A stretch of 63,397 nt of DNA from Octopus bimaculoides (Eukaryota). The notes under the pieces are model-generated. The model ran no database searches, was not told where the DNA came from, and saw only the letters and a list, made by a program, of their open reading frames with translations. Made by a program: the position numbers and the translations under genes. The stretch is taken from the NCBI RefSeq assembly GCF_001194135.2, contig NC_068982.1, forward strand, positions 77,534,384 to 77,597,780. The letters run 5' to 3'. This document shows, one piece after another, positions 25,200-38,202 of this stretch (positions within the stretch are counted from its first letter, which is position 1; the number at the start of each line of letters is the position of its first letter).

Positions 25200-25342
25200 C
25201 TTATAAGACCTCCAGGAGGTGAATAAGCATAGCAATGTAAATTAGGGTATTGTCTTTTTAGCAGAATGGCTAAAATTGATGCAGTTCCAGCTCCAAGAGA
25301 ATGTCCAACTAAAATTAAATTGTATTGATCAGTTCTGCGATC
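25200..25342 (-). CDS. DAGLA: Diacylglycerol lipase alpha, catalytic serine exon (GHSLG)
   Basis: tttcag|DRRTDQYNLILVGHSLGAGTASILAILLKRQYPNLHCYAYSPPGGLI-AG|gtttgt, 143 nt. GxSxG nucleophile elbow; YSPPGG favours alpha over beta. Confidence 0.97.
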
Positions 25343-25740
25343 CTGAAAAGAGAAATAAAATTTTCAAAGAAGCAACATTGTGTATGACTTTGTAATTTAT
25401 TACTTTAACAAATAAACAAAATTAATTGAAATATATTTTTTCTAATTTACAAATTACAGCAAAGATAAATATTTTTAACGGAGAATATTTTTCTTACAAT
25501 TTTATACTTCCTACCAAACAGGATATTAAACTGATCTCTTTTGATATGCCCAACTTTTGTCTAATGATTCACTAAATGAAGCCTCAGTTAATATTATCTA
25601 CGAATGGATACATAGACAATGAAGAGGTAATAAAGTAAAGTAATGTCAACGAAAAACTTAATCTGAACATAAATTTCAGATTACACAACATCATTCCACT
25701 GGTCTTTGTACTTCAAAGAGTGATCATATATATTTTATCA

Positions 25741-25850
25741 GACAGAATTACAGAATGACAGTGACTTCAAAGTTTCACCAGAGAAGATTCACTGTCTGAT
25801 GAACAGCTGCTGGCAAAACTTTAAAGTCACTGTCATCCTGCGTTTCTGTC
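25741..25850. repeat. 110-bp hairpin (41-bp arms, 34/41 matching, 28-nt loop)
   Basis: GACAGAATTACAGAATGACAGTGACTTCAAAGTTTCACCAG versus the reverse complement of 25810-25850; TA-rich flanks. Confidence 0.8.
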
Positions 25851-25988
25851 ATATATATTATACAGGCTCTATTTCAAATCCCTTTATATAACATATTTAA
25901 TAATCAATGATAATAATAATGGTGATTTCTTTATTTCCTTTGAAGACTGGAGTAAATTATACACAGACTGAACAATAATTATACTTAC

Positions 25989-26069
25989 GAAATCACTATT
26001 AAATGCTTTTGACAAAATATTTTCTTCGACTAATTTTTTCTGAATGTACTGTGCTGCATCAACCATTCC
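25989..26069 (-). CDS. DAGLA: Diacylglycerol lipase alpha, internal coding exon
   Basis: cattag|GMVDAAQYIQKKLVEENILSKAFNSDF|gtaagt, 81 nt. Compare human GMVLSAEYIKKKL. Confidence 0.93.
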
Positions 26070-26860
26070 CTAATGGAAACAGAGTTAGTAAATTACATAA
26101 AATACTTTATTTCACATAAATATATATGTATTTAGATTACATTGATAAGTAAATCAAACAGACATATGCACACACTTATAGTTTATTTAAACTGAATTCA
26201 TCCTACAGTGATCTCCATTCAAGAATTGCTGAAGCTCAGTACATCTATTTTCATAAATGTTGCTGCAAGCTTCTTTTTTTATTTGATTGGCCAGTCTTTT
26301 CTTTTTTACATGTTCACTAATGAACAACCAGCAAAACAAGTCTAAAAAAAGAGCCATTACCTGGTCCAACCTGCTTTTCAGCAGTAAAAAATATAGTGTA
26401 TTCTTTCTTGTCTCCTCAGTAAACACTTCCCAGCAAAACATGAATACTGACACACTATTCATTAGAAACAATACAAAAGTTACCTACAGCCACACAGAAC
26501 ATATTAGACCTATCATATGAACACTAAACAATAACGTGTCAAGAACCACCCACAATATGGCTGAAAACACATGCACTTACAACAGACCAAGGCCATACTC
26601 ATTAAGGGGAAAACTACTTGAAAAAAAACAAACATCGTCTATTAAGCAATAATATTGCAAGGAAGACAGATCAAGAAAACTATATTGTTGTAACTAGCAG
26701 AACTTTTAACATCAGATATACACCACACACATTTTGGAATATGAACAGAAAGAAATGTCACATCTCTGTCTAGATACATCTGGTAGTTAAAGGGAAATGA
26801 AACACACACACACACACACACAACACATAATTTTTATTATTATAATTATTATTATTATTA

Positions 26861-27082
26861 AGGCAGCAAGCTAGTAGAATTGTTAGCATGCCAGGCAAAA
26901 TGATTTGCAGTATTTCGTATGTCCTTACATTTGGAATTCAATTCCATCGAGGTTGACCTTGCCTTTCACCATTTCAGGGTCAATGAAATAAATACCAGTT
27001 ACGCACTAGGGTTGATGTACTCGATTATCCCCCTCCCACCAAAATTTCAGGCTTTGTGCCTATAGTAGAAAGGAATATTATT
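26861..27082 (+). mobile_element. tRNA-derived SINE, family A
   Basis: Same consensus; preceded and followed by (ATT)n. Confidence 0.8.
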
Positions 27083-30000
27083 ATCCTGATTTTCCCTTCC
27101 CAATGCTTCCACCAATCACTTCCTTCCTGTGCTTTCATCCACTGCTCTCTCCCCTCTGCCATACTCCCACCTTTACACCTCCCTTAACTCTTATTGTTCC
27201 CAGTGCACTCACATATCTCATCCATCCCCAGCCACTCCTATATCACTCGCCATCACTTACTATAGTCGCCTCTGTCAACAAACCACCAGCTTGCTTTGTA
27301 CTCTTGAAGCTATGTGAAGTAAGAGATGATTGACTTGAAAAACATGTAACATGTTTTACAGGAAAGATATTCAGCTGCAAGACAAAGCCTCAATAACATG
27401 TTTGTCTAACCTATACAAGCATGGAAAAATGGCTATACTCTTACTCTCTTGATCATCACTTACAGCAATGGAAAATATTTTGTTTTTTTTCATTTGATTT
27501 TGCAGATATTCTTTAATTCTTTAACTGGTTACAGTTATTAGGCTATGTGGTCATGCTGAAGCACCATCTTCAAAGGTTTTATTATAGTGAACCCATTATT
27601 CAAGCCATTTTGTATTTATGTTATCAATTACTATTTATTGAATGGTTAAGTTACTATTTTAACATAAAAGGATGCAGCACATCACACTGATTCACACTAG
27701 TAATCGCACTCACTAGGCATTTGCACAGTTCCTGCCAAACATATTGCTCCCACAAAGAAAACACTGTCATACAAATGCATATAATTGAAATCTAAAATGT
27801 TGAAACTTTGAGAAACTCTGAAAGCTAAAGATAAATAAAAAAACCCATTTCTTTTTATATTCCATCAATAGCCCACCTATTAGTTCAAAAAATTAAACCA
27901 GTTCTCAATTTCTAAGATAAAGTTAATGGGTGTTTATAACACATCTATTGTGAAGAATTTGGGAACTGTATATATAATGTTGAGAAGTGGTTCATTTTGA
28001 TATATTTTGGACAGAAAAAATAGAACAGTAATGCATTGTAAGAGAGGAATACACAAGAAAATAATTGTTTAGTTTTGTGATTTCTCATGTTTTAAACTTT
28101 GTGGCTCAGTGGAGATGAATTGAAAAACTTACAAGTGCACTTAACACAGGAAATTAAAAACTACTGATGTGCTTTGCAAAGAAAGTAAAAAACAAATTTT
28201 AAATTAAAAGAAAGCTACTTAAAAGTTAAAATGTTTAAAGATCATAGAAAACTATTTCTAACTGAGTTTTATTAATCATTCTTGGGTATAACAAAGTTAT
28301 ATACATCATGCTCAAAAAATAGCATGATTTTTTAAAATACTCAAGAATACTACAAATTTTCCAGAATTCTAAAGAATATTTGTAACAATCTGTAGCACAC
28401 ATTGGTATCTCTTGTGGCACACTAGTGTATTACAGGGCATCATTTAAAACAGTTTGTTTAGGCATAATTATTACACTGATTATGACTGAAACTCAGACAT
28501 ATGGAACTTGAAAAATTTAAACTGAAAAAGTGCTTCCAAATCTGAAACAAATATTTAATGTGTTTTCTGAAAGAAATATTCTGTAATATATATACATACA
28601 CACATGCGTATATACACATACATGTATGTACATACAAACACACACATATATGTACACACACATATATGTACACACACATATATAGACACATATACATCCA
28701 TGCCAAGATGAACAACAGATGTTAAAAGATTATGACAATGATGCACACACACACACATGTATGTCCATATAATGATGTATGTTAGATGCATATTAATGTG
28801 TGTGTGTGTGGTCAAATAAATTGGTTTTAATTAGAGTCTTTGACAACAGATAATACAAGACTTGTCATAATGTTTATCAGCTTTTGCTGCAGGCATAAAT
28901 ACAGTAAATAATTAAAATATATTTAGACATACAAAGCTAAAGTTTTTGATTTGGGAATTTTTTCATTTGTGAAAATGTTTCTTTATTTAAGAGTTTATAT
29001 ATTACTGCATGTCTTTATTGGATACATGTCAGTTGAATAACTCCATAGAAAAGTGGAATAGTTATTTTCATATAACTTGCAATTTTGTCAAAGACTACTT
29101 TAGAATGATGAAGACAGTAATGCTAGTGATGATGATGATGATGATGAGGAGGAGGAGGAGGAAGACGATAATGATGATGATACTACAACCAGGAATAACA
29201 GTATTTAATCCTTTTCCCTATAAAATTAAGTGGACAAAAAAATGAAGCTTCTGCATTATTATTATTACAAGTAACAATTCCAGAATATTTTAGGAGTGTT
29301 GTGTTCTTCTGCAAGACACTTCATTTCATGTTGCTTTTTGAAAATGAGTATCAGCTGATTGCAGGTGAGGGCCTCTCTCCCTCCAGCTGTCTTGTTGGGT
29401 TGAATGTGAGAGGACTGAGAAGGTGTCTGTCTGCTTGCGACTACACAGGCACCTAAAACAACTAATGAAAGCATGGTATATACTACCAGTCATACTTGCT
29501 TGTAAGTGATGGCTGTGTTTTGCTTTTTTAAGGAAACTCAATGGAAACTCTATAAGAGATATGCAATCACAATCCATAGACTTATGGTCAAAATACTTTA
29601 TTCACACAATTTTTTTTGTCATGACTTTAATTAAGAAAGCATTAATAAAGTTTAAATTTTATTTTTCTCTCTTTTCTTGTTGAATAGTTCTGACCATGGT
29701 GTGCTATGGATTTTTAAAAATATAATTTAAAATTTTTGAAGATTCATACTACTGTTTGAACATATTATTGATGATTTTGTTACACACAAGAATGATTAAT
29801 ATAACTTGGTTAACAATAGTTTTCTATAATTTAAAAGAATTTCAAAGTTTAAAAGAGCTTCTAAAAACTTTAAAATGTATTTTAAATTTTCCTGCAAAGT
29901 ACACCAGTAATTTTTTTCTTGTTGTGTAGGTTATTAACTGAATGTTTCAAACAGCCCCTGTATCTTGCTTACTAGTTTAGTCTGTCCTGAGACAAGGTTG

Positions 30001-30644
30001 TACACTGCCTTTCAGTGGTTAACTGGGATGAGTGTAATGGTGCGAATGATACAAAGTAGCTAAACATATTTCATGACTGGCTTGAAAGGATAAAATACAG
30101 TCAAAGTAAGCTTATTAGATCTAATCAAATAGATTCAGATTTTATAAATGCGTTACGTAAAAAAAACCCAGACATCACCACCACTGCCACTATCATTATT
30201 ATCATCATCATCACCACTATAAAACTTCATCTCTTAGCATAAAGCTGCTTCTCTACTGTAGCACCATTCAGACAAAGGGGATCTTAGTCTTGCAAGCTTG
30301 ATGCCAACCTCAATAGTAAAAAGAAAAGGCACCCAGTACATGCTGTAATGTTGGCATTTAGAGGGCATTCAGCCATTAAAAAAAACATGCCAAAACAGAC
30401 ATTGGAGTACAAAGGCATCCTTGGACCCCCTTGGCTCCTGTCAAGCCATTCAGCTTATGCTCCTATGGAACATAGACATTAAATGATGAGGATGATAAAC
30501 TTATTGGATTCATGCTTTTATTCTAATAAAGTTTTGCCAGTTAAAAAAAGAGAAATTAAGAATAAAAATTAAACATTTAAACATAGAGAATATATTTGTG
30601 ACATTAGTCATTAGATGTTGTAAAACTATGATCGATTTGCTTAC

Positions 30645-30722
30645 CTCATGACCAAGCCAGTTCTCAATAGGAGGTTCGAGTGGAAGCATAGTAGACTCAG
30701 CTTTAAGATCAGTCAATACATC
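30645..30722 (-). CDS. DAGLA: Diacylglycerol lipase alpha, internal coding exon
   Basis: ctctag|DVLTDLKAESTMLPLEPPIENWLGHE|gtaagc, 78 nt. Contains the D-x-LTDL and WLGH motifs. Confidence 0.93.
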
Positions 30723-30859
30723 CTAGAGATAATAAAGAAGATGCAGTAGAATAATAATTTCAAACCTTAAATATCACAAGTAGTATTTAAAATTGTTACT
30801 GAATGCAAGAAAGTTGGACAACATACTTTATAATAATATTGACATTATTGTATATTTGA

Positions 30860-31085
30860 AGGTACATGGTCTAGCGGTCAGGATGTTGTACTTACAATCA
30901 CATCATGGTTTTGATTCCAGACTAGGTTGTGAAAATGTGTTCTTGAGCAAAACACTTCATTTCATGTTACTCCAATCCACTCAACCTTAAACAAGAAACC
31001 CAAAGATGGACTGGCATCCTAGTCAAGGAGAATGTTGTGATCTTGATCACTTATATGCCATAGAAACCAGATAACTGGATCCATT
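30860..31085 (+). mobile_element. Degenerate tRNA-derived SINE, third type
   Basis: TGGTCTAGCGGTCAGGATG A-box, GTTTTGATTCC B-box-like, CTTGAGCAAAACACTT CORE-like segment. Confidence 0.55.
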
Positions 31086-31439
31086 AGTTCAAGGACTCAA
31101 GACTAATATTCGGGGGTTGATGAGGATTAGGTATATTTGAAAGCTGAATGAAATAATAATAAAAAAAAAGGAAGACAATTTTTTCATTTATTCTTTTTCA
31201 GAAAATATATTTTTGTCAGCTGGAAGGACCATTCTTGCCAATAAACATATAAACACAATGATTGAGATTATTATTTGATTCCATAATTAATCTTTTACAT
31301 TGCTATTGTAAACTTTACTCGAGCCAACAAAAAACTAAAATTCACCATTTATTTACTTATAAACTCTGGTTATGTCTCTCTCACTCCTTTATATTATATT
31401 AATGATTTCCTTGCTCTCACTTCTAATCATAAGTTGAAG

Positions 31440-32320
31440 TTTGTGTGAAAAACATGAAGAGGTACACAGAGTGGTGAACACAAGGAATAAATTAATTTAA
31501 CTAATTCAGAATAGTAGAAATTACTGTAAGAGTGGTAGAAGAGACAGAGAGAAGAAACAGTAGATCTTTGGGACTAGTAGGTTGGTGTGTGAGTTTTTTG
31601 CCAATCTGCTTGATGGAATTTTATATGCAGTATTGAACATTTATGAGTGAATCAATAGCAACACTGCTCCATAAATGCGAGCAGTTCTCTTATGTGGGTT
31701 GCTTTTCAGCTTTGTGGAATGTCTTTAACTGATCTATGATCAATGCAGATAATGCTGTCAATCCTTCCTCCTATCAACCTCATTATTCCACACAAGTGTC
31801 CTGTACATGCAACCTACACATCTCACATCACATTTACACACATTTGATGAACAAATATTTTGAAACTCTGCTCTATAATGAAGCTATGACACTGCAATCT
31901 CATAGGTTATCATGTTACCCCATCTAACATTACACAATAAACGATTTAGGCCTTAAAAGCTCTGACAATGATTTCACATATAACATGCTGTTAAAACTAG
32001 TTCTCTTCAGGGTCAGAAAAATATCTTATCCTGGATTAGTTACAAAATTCCACAAAGCTCAAAAGCAACCCACATAAGAGAATTGCTCACATTTATGGAA
32101 CTGTGCTATAGCAGATGCACTCACAAATATTCTACACAGCATATAAAATTCCATCAGGTAGATTGGCAAAAACACTCACACACCAGCTTACTAGTACCAA
32201 AGGTGTACTGTTTCTTTTCTCTGTCTCCTTTACTACTATAACAATTATTTCTGTTATTCTGAATTAGTAAAATTAATTCATTCATGTTCACCACTCTGTC
32301 TCACTTCTCAAATCACAAAC
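31440..32320. repeat. Old long inverted repeat (arms about 280 bp), probable decayed MITE
   Basis: About 31440-31720 is the reverse complement of about 32035-32320, for example TCTCTTATGTGGGTTGCTTTT versus AAAAGCAACCCACATAAGAGA. Confidence 0.75.
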
Positions 32321-33576
32321 TAAATGTTGTTCAATCCTTTCTTCTGTGAACAGTAGCTACTTGGAAACCCCTGCTCGCATTTTTCATACAAGTTTCAACT
32401 TGAATATCAACATGTTCAAGTTTAGCATTTACTACTTTGATCTCCAAGTTTGGGAAGGTCTGGAAAGGAACTGAGGTTTTCCTCTTTCTTTGACAATATA
32501 ACATTTTGACTATTTCAGAATTGTATATGTTGAGCACATGGCTTGATCTGAGAGCTTGAGTTGAAACTGAAACAACTATATTGTGAGTCATTCTAACCAT
32601 TTAATAACCCACATCATCCTTTAATGTACATGTTCCACACTGGCATGGGTTAAATGATTTGATAGGATCTGGTGGGTCCAAGTACTACATCATACACAAC
32701 TGTCTGCTTTGGCATTGTTACTATGGCTGGATGCCTGTCCCAACACCAACCACTTTACAGTGTGTACTGTGAGCATTTTTCATGCTGCCAGCACTAGTCA
32801 GGTCATCATGCAACTTGAAAGACTATGAATCCTGAGAGAAGTTCATAGTCATACAAGGCTCATGCTAGGAGAGGAGGGGTTAGGTATGAAAGGAGGGGCC
32901 AGAGCAGAATATGGTTCTTGCTGGAGAGGGGCCATATGGCTACTCATATCTTAACTTTGAATTTGTTTTAATTTCATGAGGTGTCATCATCATTTTGTTG
33001 TACTACTAGGGTCTTGTTGTATACAGAGTTCCAGTGCAAATCAGTGGAATTGTATCAGTGACCAGATCACAGTTGTGGAACAAGAATTTTGACATCTCAA
33101 GAAATAAGTATCAATTTAAAGCTTTGTGTGTGTTATAAAATGGTTCTTCCACCACAATGTAGTTTATTCATCTTTTCTTATCCGAAGATCATAAATTTGC
33201 AATTACAGTCAAGGTCTAAAATGAAATAAAATCTTCTGGTGATGTTTATTTTGTCTGTGGCTTATCCCTAACAACTGAACATTAACACATCAAAATTATT
33301 CATTTCTTACATCAATTCACAGTCAGAAATTTATAGTGAGCACAGAATAGTTGATTGAATTAATCCTAGTACATAACTAATACTTAGGTTATCAACCTCC
33401 AGAAAGATAAAAAGGAAAATCAACTGAAGCATGATTTGAACTCTGGTCTATTACTACTCTGTCAATTCACTACTATTTTTCAAAAATTAATATTAACAGC
33501 ACTAATCTTGCCCAATTTCCCCCTCCTTTGAGAGAAAAGTTGGGCAACAGCAGCAACAATTATAAAAGCAGCTTAC

Positions 33577-33660
33577 CTGTAATGATAATGTTCCTCTCAC
33601 ACAAACAATTACTTTCTTCTGTGTATGATCAAGAGCAACGTAAAATGGTGTTTTTCCAAT
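33577..33660 (-). CDS. DAGLA: Diacylglycerol lipase alpha, internal coding exon
   Basis: ttctag|IGKTPFYVALDHTQKKVIVCVRGTLSLQ|gtaagc, 84 nt. Contains the lipase-3 PFYVA-D...RGT motif. Confidence 0.95.
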
Positions 33661-33792
33661 CTAGAAAATAGAAATTACTTTAAAAAATATCTTTAAAAAA
33701 AGTCCAGAGACCTTTTTAAAATTTACAAGAAAGAAATGAGTTATAAAATCTAGAACTCATTTTAGTTAACAATAATTGTTTAAAAAAATATT

Positions 33793-34260
33793 AAATATTA
33801 TAAAGTCTTAGCTGTGATAACAAACTATATAAGAATGTAAACACATTGTTTCTGTGCATTTGATGTGCAGAAAAAAGAGGTGGGGAAGTCTCCTGATGGA
33901 TTGCTTTATGATTTGTTGATCTCTCCTCAGAGAATATGTACTCAAACTCTTACCCCAATTAATGGCTTGGAGTATTTAGCTGTTATATAAAGTTACTTTA
34001 ATATGGTGGATATCTTGAAAATTTGTGCTTTAGATAGTATGTCATTTCATGAGGTAAATAATATATTTTTTATACACATTACACTATATATCAGAAGTAC
34101 TGAAATAAATTTAAATATAAAGCTTTGGCTGTGATAATGATCTGTAAGAATGTAAACACATTCCTTCTATGCATTTGATGTGTAGAAAAAAGAGGTTGGA
34201 GAGTCTCCTGATGGACTGTTTTATGATTTGTTGATCTCTGCTAAGAGAATATGTACCCAA
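33793..34260 (+). repeat. Diverged tandem duplication (about 150-bp units, period about 320 bp)
   Basis: 33793-33945 versus 34113-34260, sharing AAGAATGTAAACACATT...GTCTCCTGATGGA...TTTATGATTTGTTGATCTCT. Confidence 0.85.
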
Positions 34261-34384
34261 TCTTGACTTACCTCACAACTGAATGAATTACCAGATTATG
34301 AAAAAGCAATACAAAAGGATGAGAAAAAAAACGACAGGAAATATTTTTAAGTAGAGAAGTAGCGTTTTAATCAACTCAACTTAC

Positions 34385-34529
34385 ATCTACGTGATATGTG
34401 ACATATATGATGTCAGTATCCAAGAGGCCACTGAGTTTCTTCATAGCAGCAAAATTACATTCACAACAGTTATCTTCAACAACAGTAGAGTAAGTTTGGT
34501 GTTTTACACAACTTTTACAACAGCAACAA
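34385..34529 (-). CDS. DAGLA: Diacylglycerol lipase alpha, Cys-rich internal exon
   Basis: tttcag|T-CCCCKSCVKHQTYSTVVEDNCCECNFAAMKKLSGLLDTDIIYVTYHVD|gtaagt, 145 nt, phase-compatible with both neighbours. Contains the EDNCCxCN motif. Confidence 0.93.
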
Positions 34530-35462
34530 CTGAAACCAGACAATAAGATAGAATATGTATGAATAAGTATTCATGTGTATGTTTATATATGCTGTATGTA
34601 TATCTGTGTGTTTACATGAGGACATGTATAAGACAAAACAATGTTCCTTTTTACATTTATATGGAATTGATATGATAAAAGGTGTTTTGTACAAAACTGA
34701 TAAAGTTAAGTGAAGAAATTAGATACAATTAAGATTAATGATTCTCAATTAGTGAGCAAATGATATTATCTAACGATTTAACTTTGCATTTTCTTGAAAT
34801 AGTATACATCCACATCCAGCCACTTACACATTTCAGATGCTGTTAAGTAGATAACAGCACATGCAGCTTTACTTTGAAGATTATGAGTTGCTTAACTGGC
34901 TCAGAAGAATTAACAAATAAGTTATGGTTATTTAACTGACATAACTAACATTAAAGGTAGAGCATCATGGCTGCTGTTATAAGAGACGATGGTAATAGTT
35001 CTAAAAACTACAAGTTCTATTAGAAACAAAGTGGGGCTCTTTTTCTCTCTTGATTCACATGACAGCTATTAATTGGCAAGAAAAAAATGGTGTGATGCTG
35101 TATAACAATGAAACAGAAGCAATGGCTGCAGAGGATGTAAAGGGACTGCTGAAAAATGAGATGAAGATGATTGTATGGATATGCAATATTTATCTTATTA
35201 GCATAGTAGTATCTTAGTAGTTTTATAATGGTTACTTAGTGATGGCTTTCAAGAAGTTCAGTGGATATCATGAAGTAAGATAAAAATTGGCCATTCAGAA
35301 ATGAACAGTTTGTTTCTTCTTGTTTTATATTATATTGCTTTTGATATATTTTCTATTATTCTTTCCAGTTATTGTTTTCATGATATACATTTACAGATGT
35401 TGAAATTATGTGAATTATTTGCATGGCATCATAAGACAGTGTAGTAATAGAGATGTACAAAA

Positions 35463-35505
35463 GAGAGAGAGAGAGGAAGAGAGAGAGAGGAAGAGAGAGA
35501 GAGGA

Positions 35506-35585
<80 letters not shown>
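35463..35585 (+). repeat. (GA)n microsatellite
   Basis: About 120 bp of GA repeat. Confidence 0.95.
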
Positions 35586-35587
<2 letters not shown>

Positions 35588-37426
35588 GCATTTCAAAAAT
35601 CCTGAATTTGCCATACAATAATGAATTAAAAGATGATCCTAATAAACATGTACTCAATCATCTTCAATCAAGCATAAAATATCTAACTATTGGGTTATTA
35701 GTTTGTTATCTTGTGACTGAGCCAATAATGGACTGGAATAATAAACAGGTTTGCATTTATCATTAATTCACTTTTTGCTTTTATTTACTAGACTGAGTCC
35801 TCTGATATGGAAAATATGGAAATCTTCCCAGAATTGTTTGTGAAATGTGTTCTTAGATCTCAGAAATAGTGTCTACTCATCTCAACATGGTTGAGGAAGC
35901 AGTATCTGTTTTCAGTTAGGCTGCCTGAAACTAGTTGAGTAGTATGCACACACAATGCAATGATAATAATGCACTAATAGTGCATTAGCACTCATCATAG
36001 CTACTTATAACATTTAATAAAGAGAGAAATTTTCAAGGCTGTTTTCAAATCTTGAAAGAGCAGTTGTAAACATGATGATAATGCTTGTTCAATGTCTCCC
36101 AGTTTGAAATAAGTTGAGACTGATTTGCAGGACATGAATAAGGTTATAATATGTTATGAATAATTACTTTGTATATCAATTTAATAATTTAATGAATTAT
36201 TAATAAAAATAATATTATAACAATAACATTAGATTTTAACTATTTCTTATATAAAGCAATATCAATACTGGGGTAGTCCTCAGATGAGGCACTGAAAGAC
36301 ATTGTGAATGAGCAGCAAAATGTGTTAATTCATTTGAAAATGTGTTCAAATCTTGCTACAGTAATTGGACAATGACTTCTAACAAGACATTATTTTTATT
36401 GCCTCAGTACCCCTGACTGGTGAGAGGAACCACTCTATTTTAGAATAGTATTTAGTCATACAAACATTTGTTCTAACAACATGTAAATAGTCTAATTTTC
36501 AAAATAATTCTACTTACGTAAGTCAGTGAAACAACAAATGAAAAGTGTTACATATAGATTTGATAGGTTTTTAATTCTTTTGTTATGTCTCTGTTGATAT
36601 ACTAATCAGACTTTGTTTCAATTAATTTTGCAAATAATAAAAATTTAAAAACAAAACAATATAATCATTATTGAGTTGGTGTTTGGAACAAAAATTTACA
36701 TGGAATTTTGCTGGAAGATTTCAGTTTGGATCATTCTAAAACACAGATTATATAGAACCAGAGATGGTCTTAGGTGGATTGGTAATGGTAACTGTTGGAC
36801 ACCAACATTTAATATCACTAGACTTATGACTATCTTATACCTTAGTACAGAATAGGGAACCTTGTTTAAGGATGTCTTAGGGTAAACAAATATGTGATGC
36901 AGTCATGCATTATATGTAAGTTCATAAATATAAATAAAGCACTTTTAGTTCTAACACTTACAATTAAATTAAAATGTTAATGTGGAATTCATGTATAAAT
37001 ACACTCAGTTTTATGACAACAAAGGCATTTGAGCAAACAGGCCATTCGTCAAAGCATTCATCTATGTAAACATTAATTAATATGTAGCTAATAAGATTGT
37101 TCACATACTTAATTCTTAATGCAAACACATATTCATAGCAATCCAAACTGCGTGGACTTCAATTGAATTAAGTGGGTAAAGAAAAATATTTATGAAGTGG
37201 GAAGAAGCAAGACAAAAGAGAGAAGAGAGAGAGAAAAAAAAACAATAGTGACTTAATTATAAATGTGGTTCAATAACTGTTTATCTCACTTGGTTATTAG
37301 TAGAATGGAGATAATAAGAATACATCTCATCAACTAAATCAGGTTTCAAATCCTAGTTGCAGCTATTCCATGTTGCTTCATTAATGTTAGTGGAGAAAGA
37401 ATAAACGTCACATTTCATTTTGTTCC

Positions 37427-37935
37427 GTATGGTTGTTTGCGTGGTTAAGAAGCTCACTTTGCAATTATGTAGTTTCGGATTAAGGTTCACTGTGTGGAAC
37501 CTTGGGCAAGTGCCTTCTACTACAGCCCCAGCCTGACCAATGCCTTGTTAGGGAAAAATGTGAGGAAGTTCATCATGTGTGTGTGAGTGCACGTGTGTGT
37601 GTGCATTGTGTGTGTGTGCATTGTGTGTGTGTGTGTGTGCATTGTGTGTGTGTGTGTGTGCATTGTGTGTGTGCATTGTGTGTGTGTGTGTGTGCATTGT
37701 GTGTGTGTGCATTGTGTGTGTGTGCATTGTGTGTTTGCCTGTCTGTTTCCCAACCACAGCATGACAAGTTGTGTTGGTTTGTTTATGTTCCCATGACTTT
37801 GTGGCTTAGCAAAAGAGACCAATAGAATAGGTACCAGACTTAAAAAATAAGCACTGGAGTCAATTTGTTCAGCAAAAACCTTTCAAAGTAGTACCCCAGC
37901 ATAACCACAATCCAATGATTTTAAATAAGATAAAA
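37427..37935 (+). mobile_element. tRNA-derived SINE, family B, with internal minisatellite expansion
   Basis: GTGGTTAAGAAGCTCAC...ACCTTGGGCAAGTGCC head; (CATTGTGTGTGTGTG)n inside; family-B tail. Confidence 0.8.
37590..37736 (+). repeat. Compound minisatellite GCATT(GT)n
   Basis: Repeated GCATTGTGTGTG units of variable GT length. Confidence 0.9.
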
Positions 37936-37999
37936 GAAGTCAATATTTAATAGGCTGAGTGATTAAGACTGTGAAATGGTAATACAAATTATAACTTAC

Positions 38000-38202
38000 G
38001 ACAAATAAGGTATGAGACTACATAATCCAGTGGCATTGTTCATCATCATATAAGCAGGCCAACCATAGGCAGCCAATGCATATTCCATATAATGGATAAT
38101 TAGTTTGTACTCCTCCATAACATCAGGGTCATTTAATTGGAGAAAGTGGGTCTTAGGAGTAATTGCTGCTCCTGATAAATATTGGTAAATATCATTGGTT
38201 TT
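38000..38202 (-). CDS. DAGLA: Diacylglycerol lipase alpha, internal coding exon
   Basis: tttcag|KTNDIYQYLSGAAITPKTHFLQLNDPDVMEEYKLIIHYMEYALAAYGWPAYMMMNNATGLCSLIPYL-TC|gtaagt, 203 nt. Contains the ALAAYGWP DAGL motif. Confidence 0.95.

Noticed and set aside
25795-25820. CTGATGA in the hairpin loop as a third hammerhead
   Set aside because: No helix II followed by GAAA downstream.
26187-26520. Overlapping ORFs near exon 25989
   Set aside because: No homology recognised; the spliced DAGLA frame leaves no gap here.
35410-35766. ERERE/SLSLS, HTHT/CVCV and YIYI ORFs here and across the window
   Set aside because: Translations of GA, CA and TA microsatellites.
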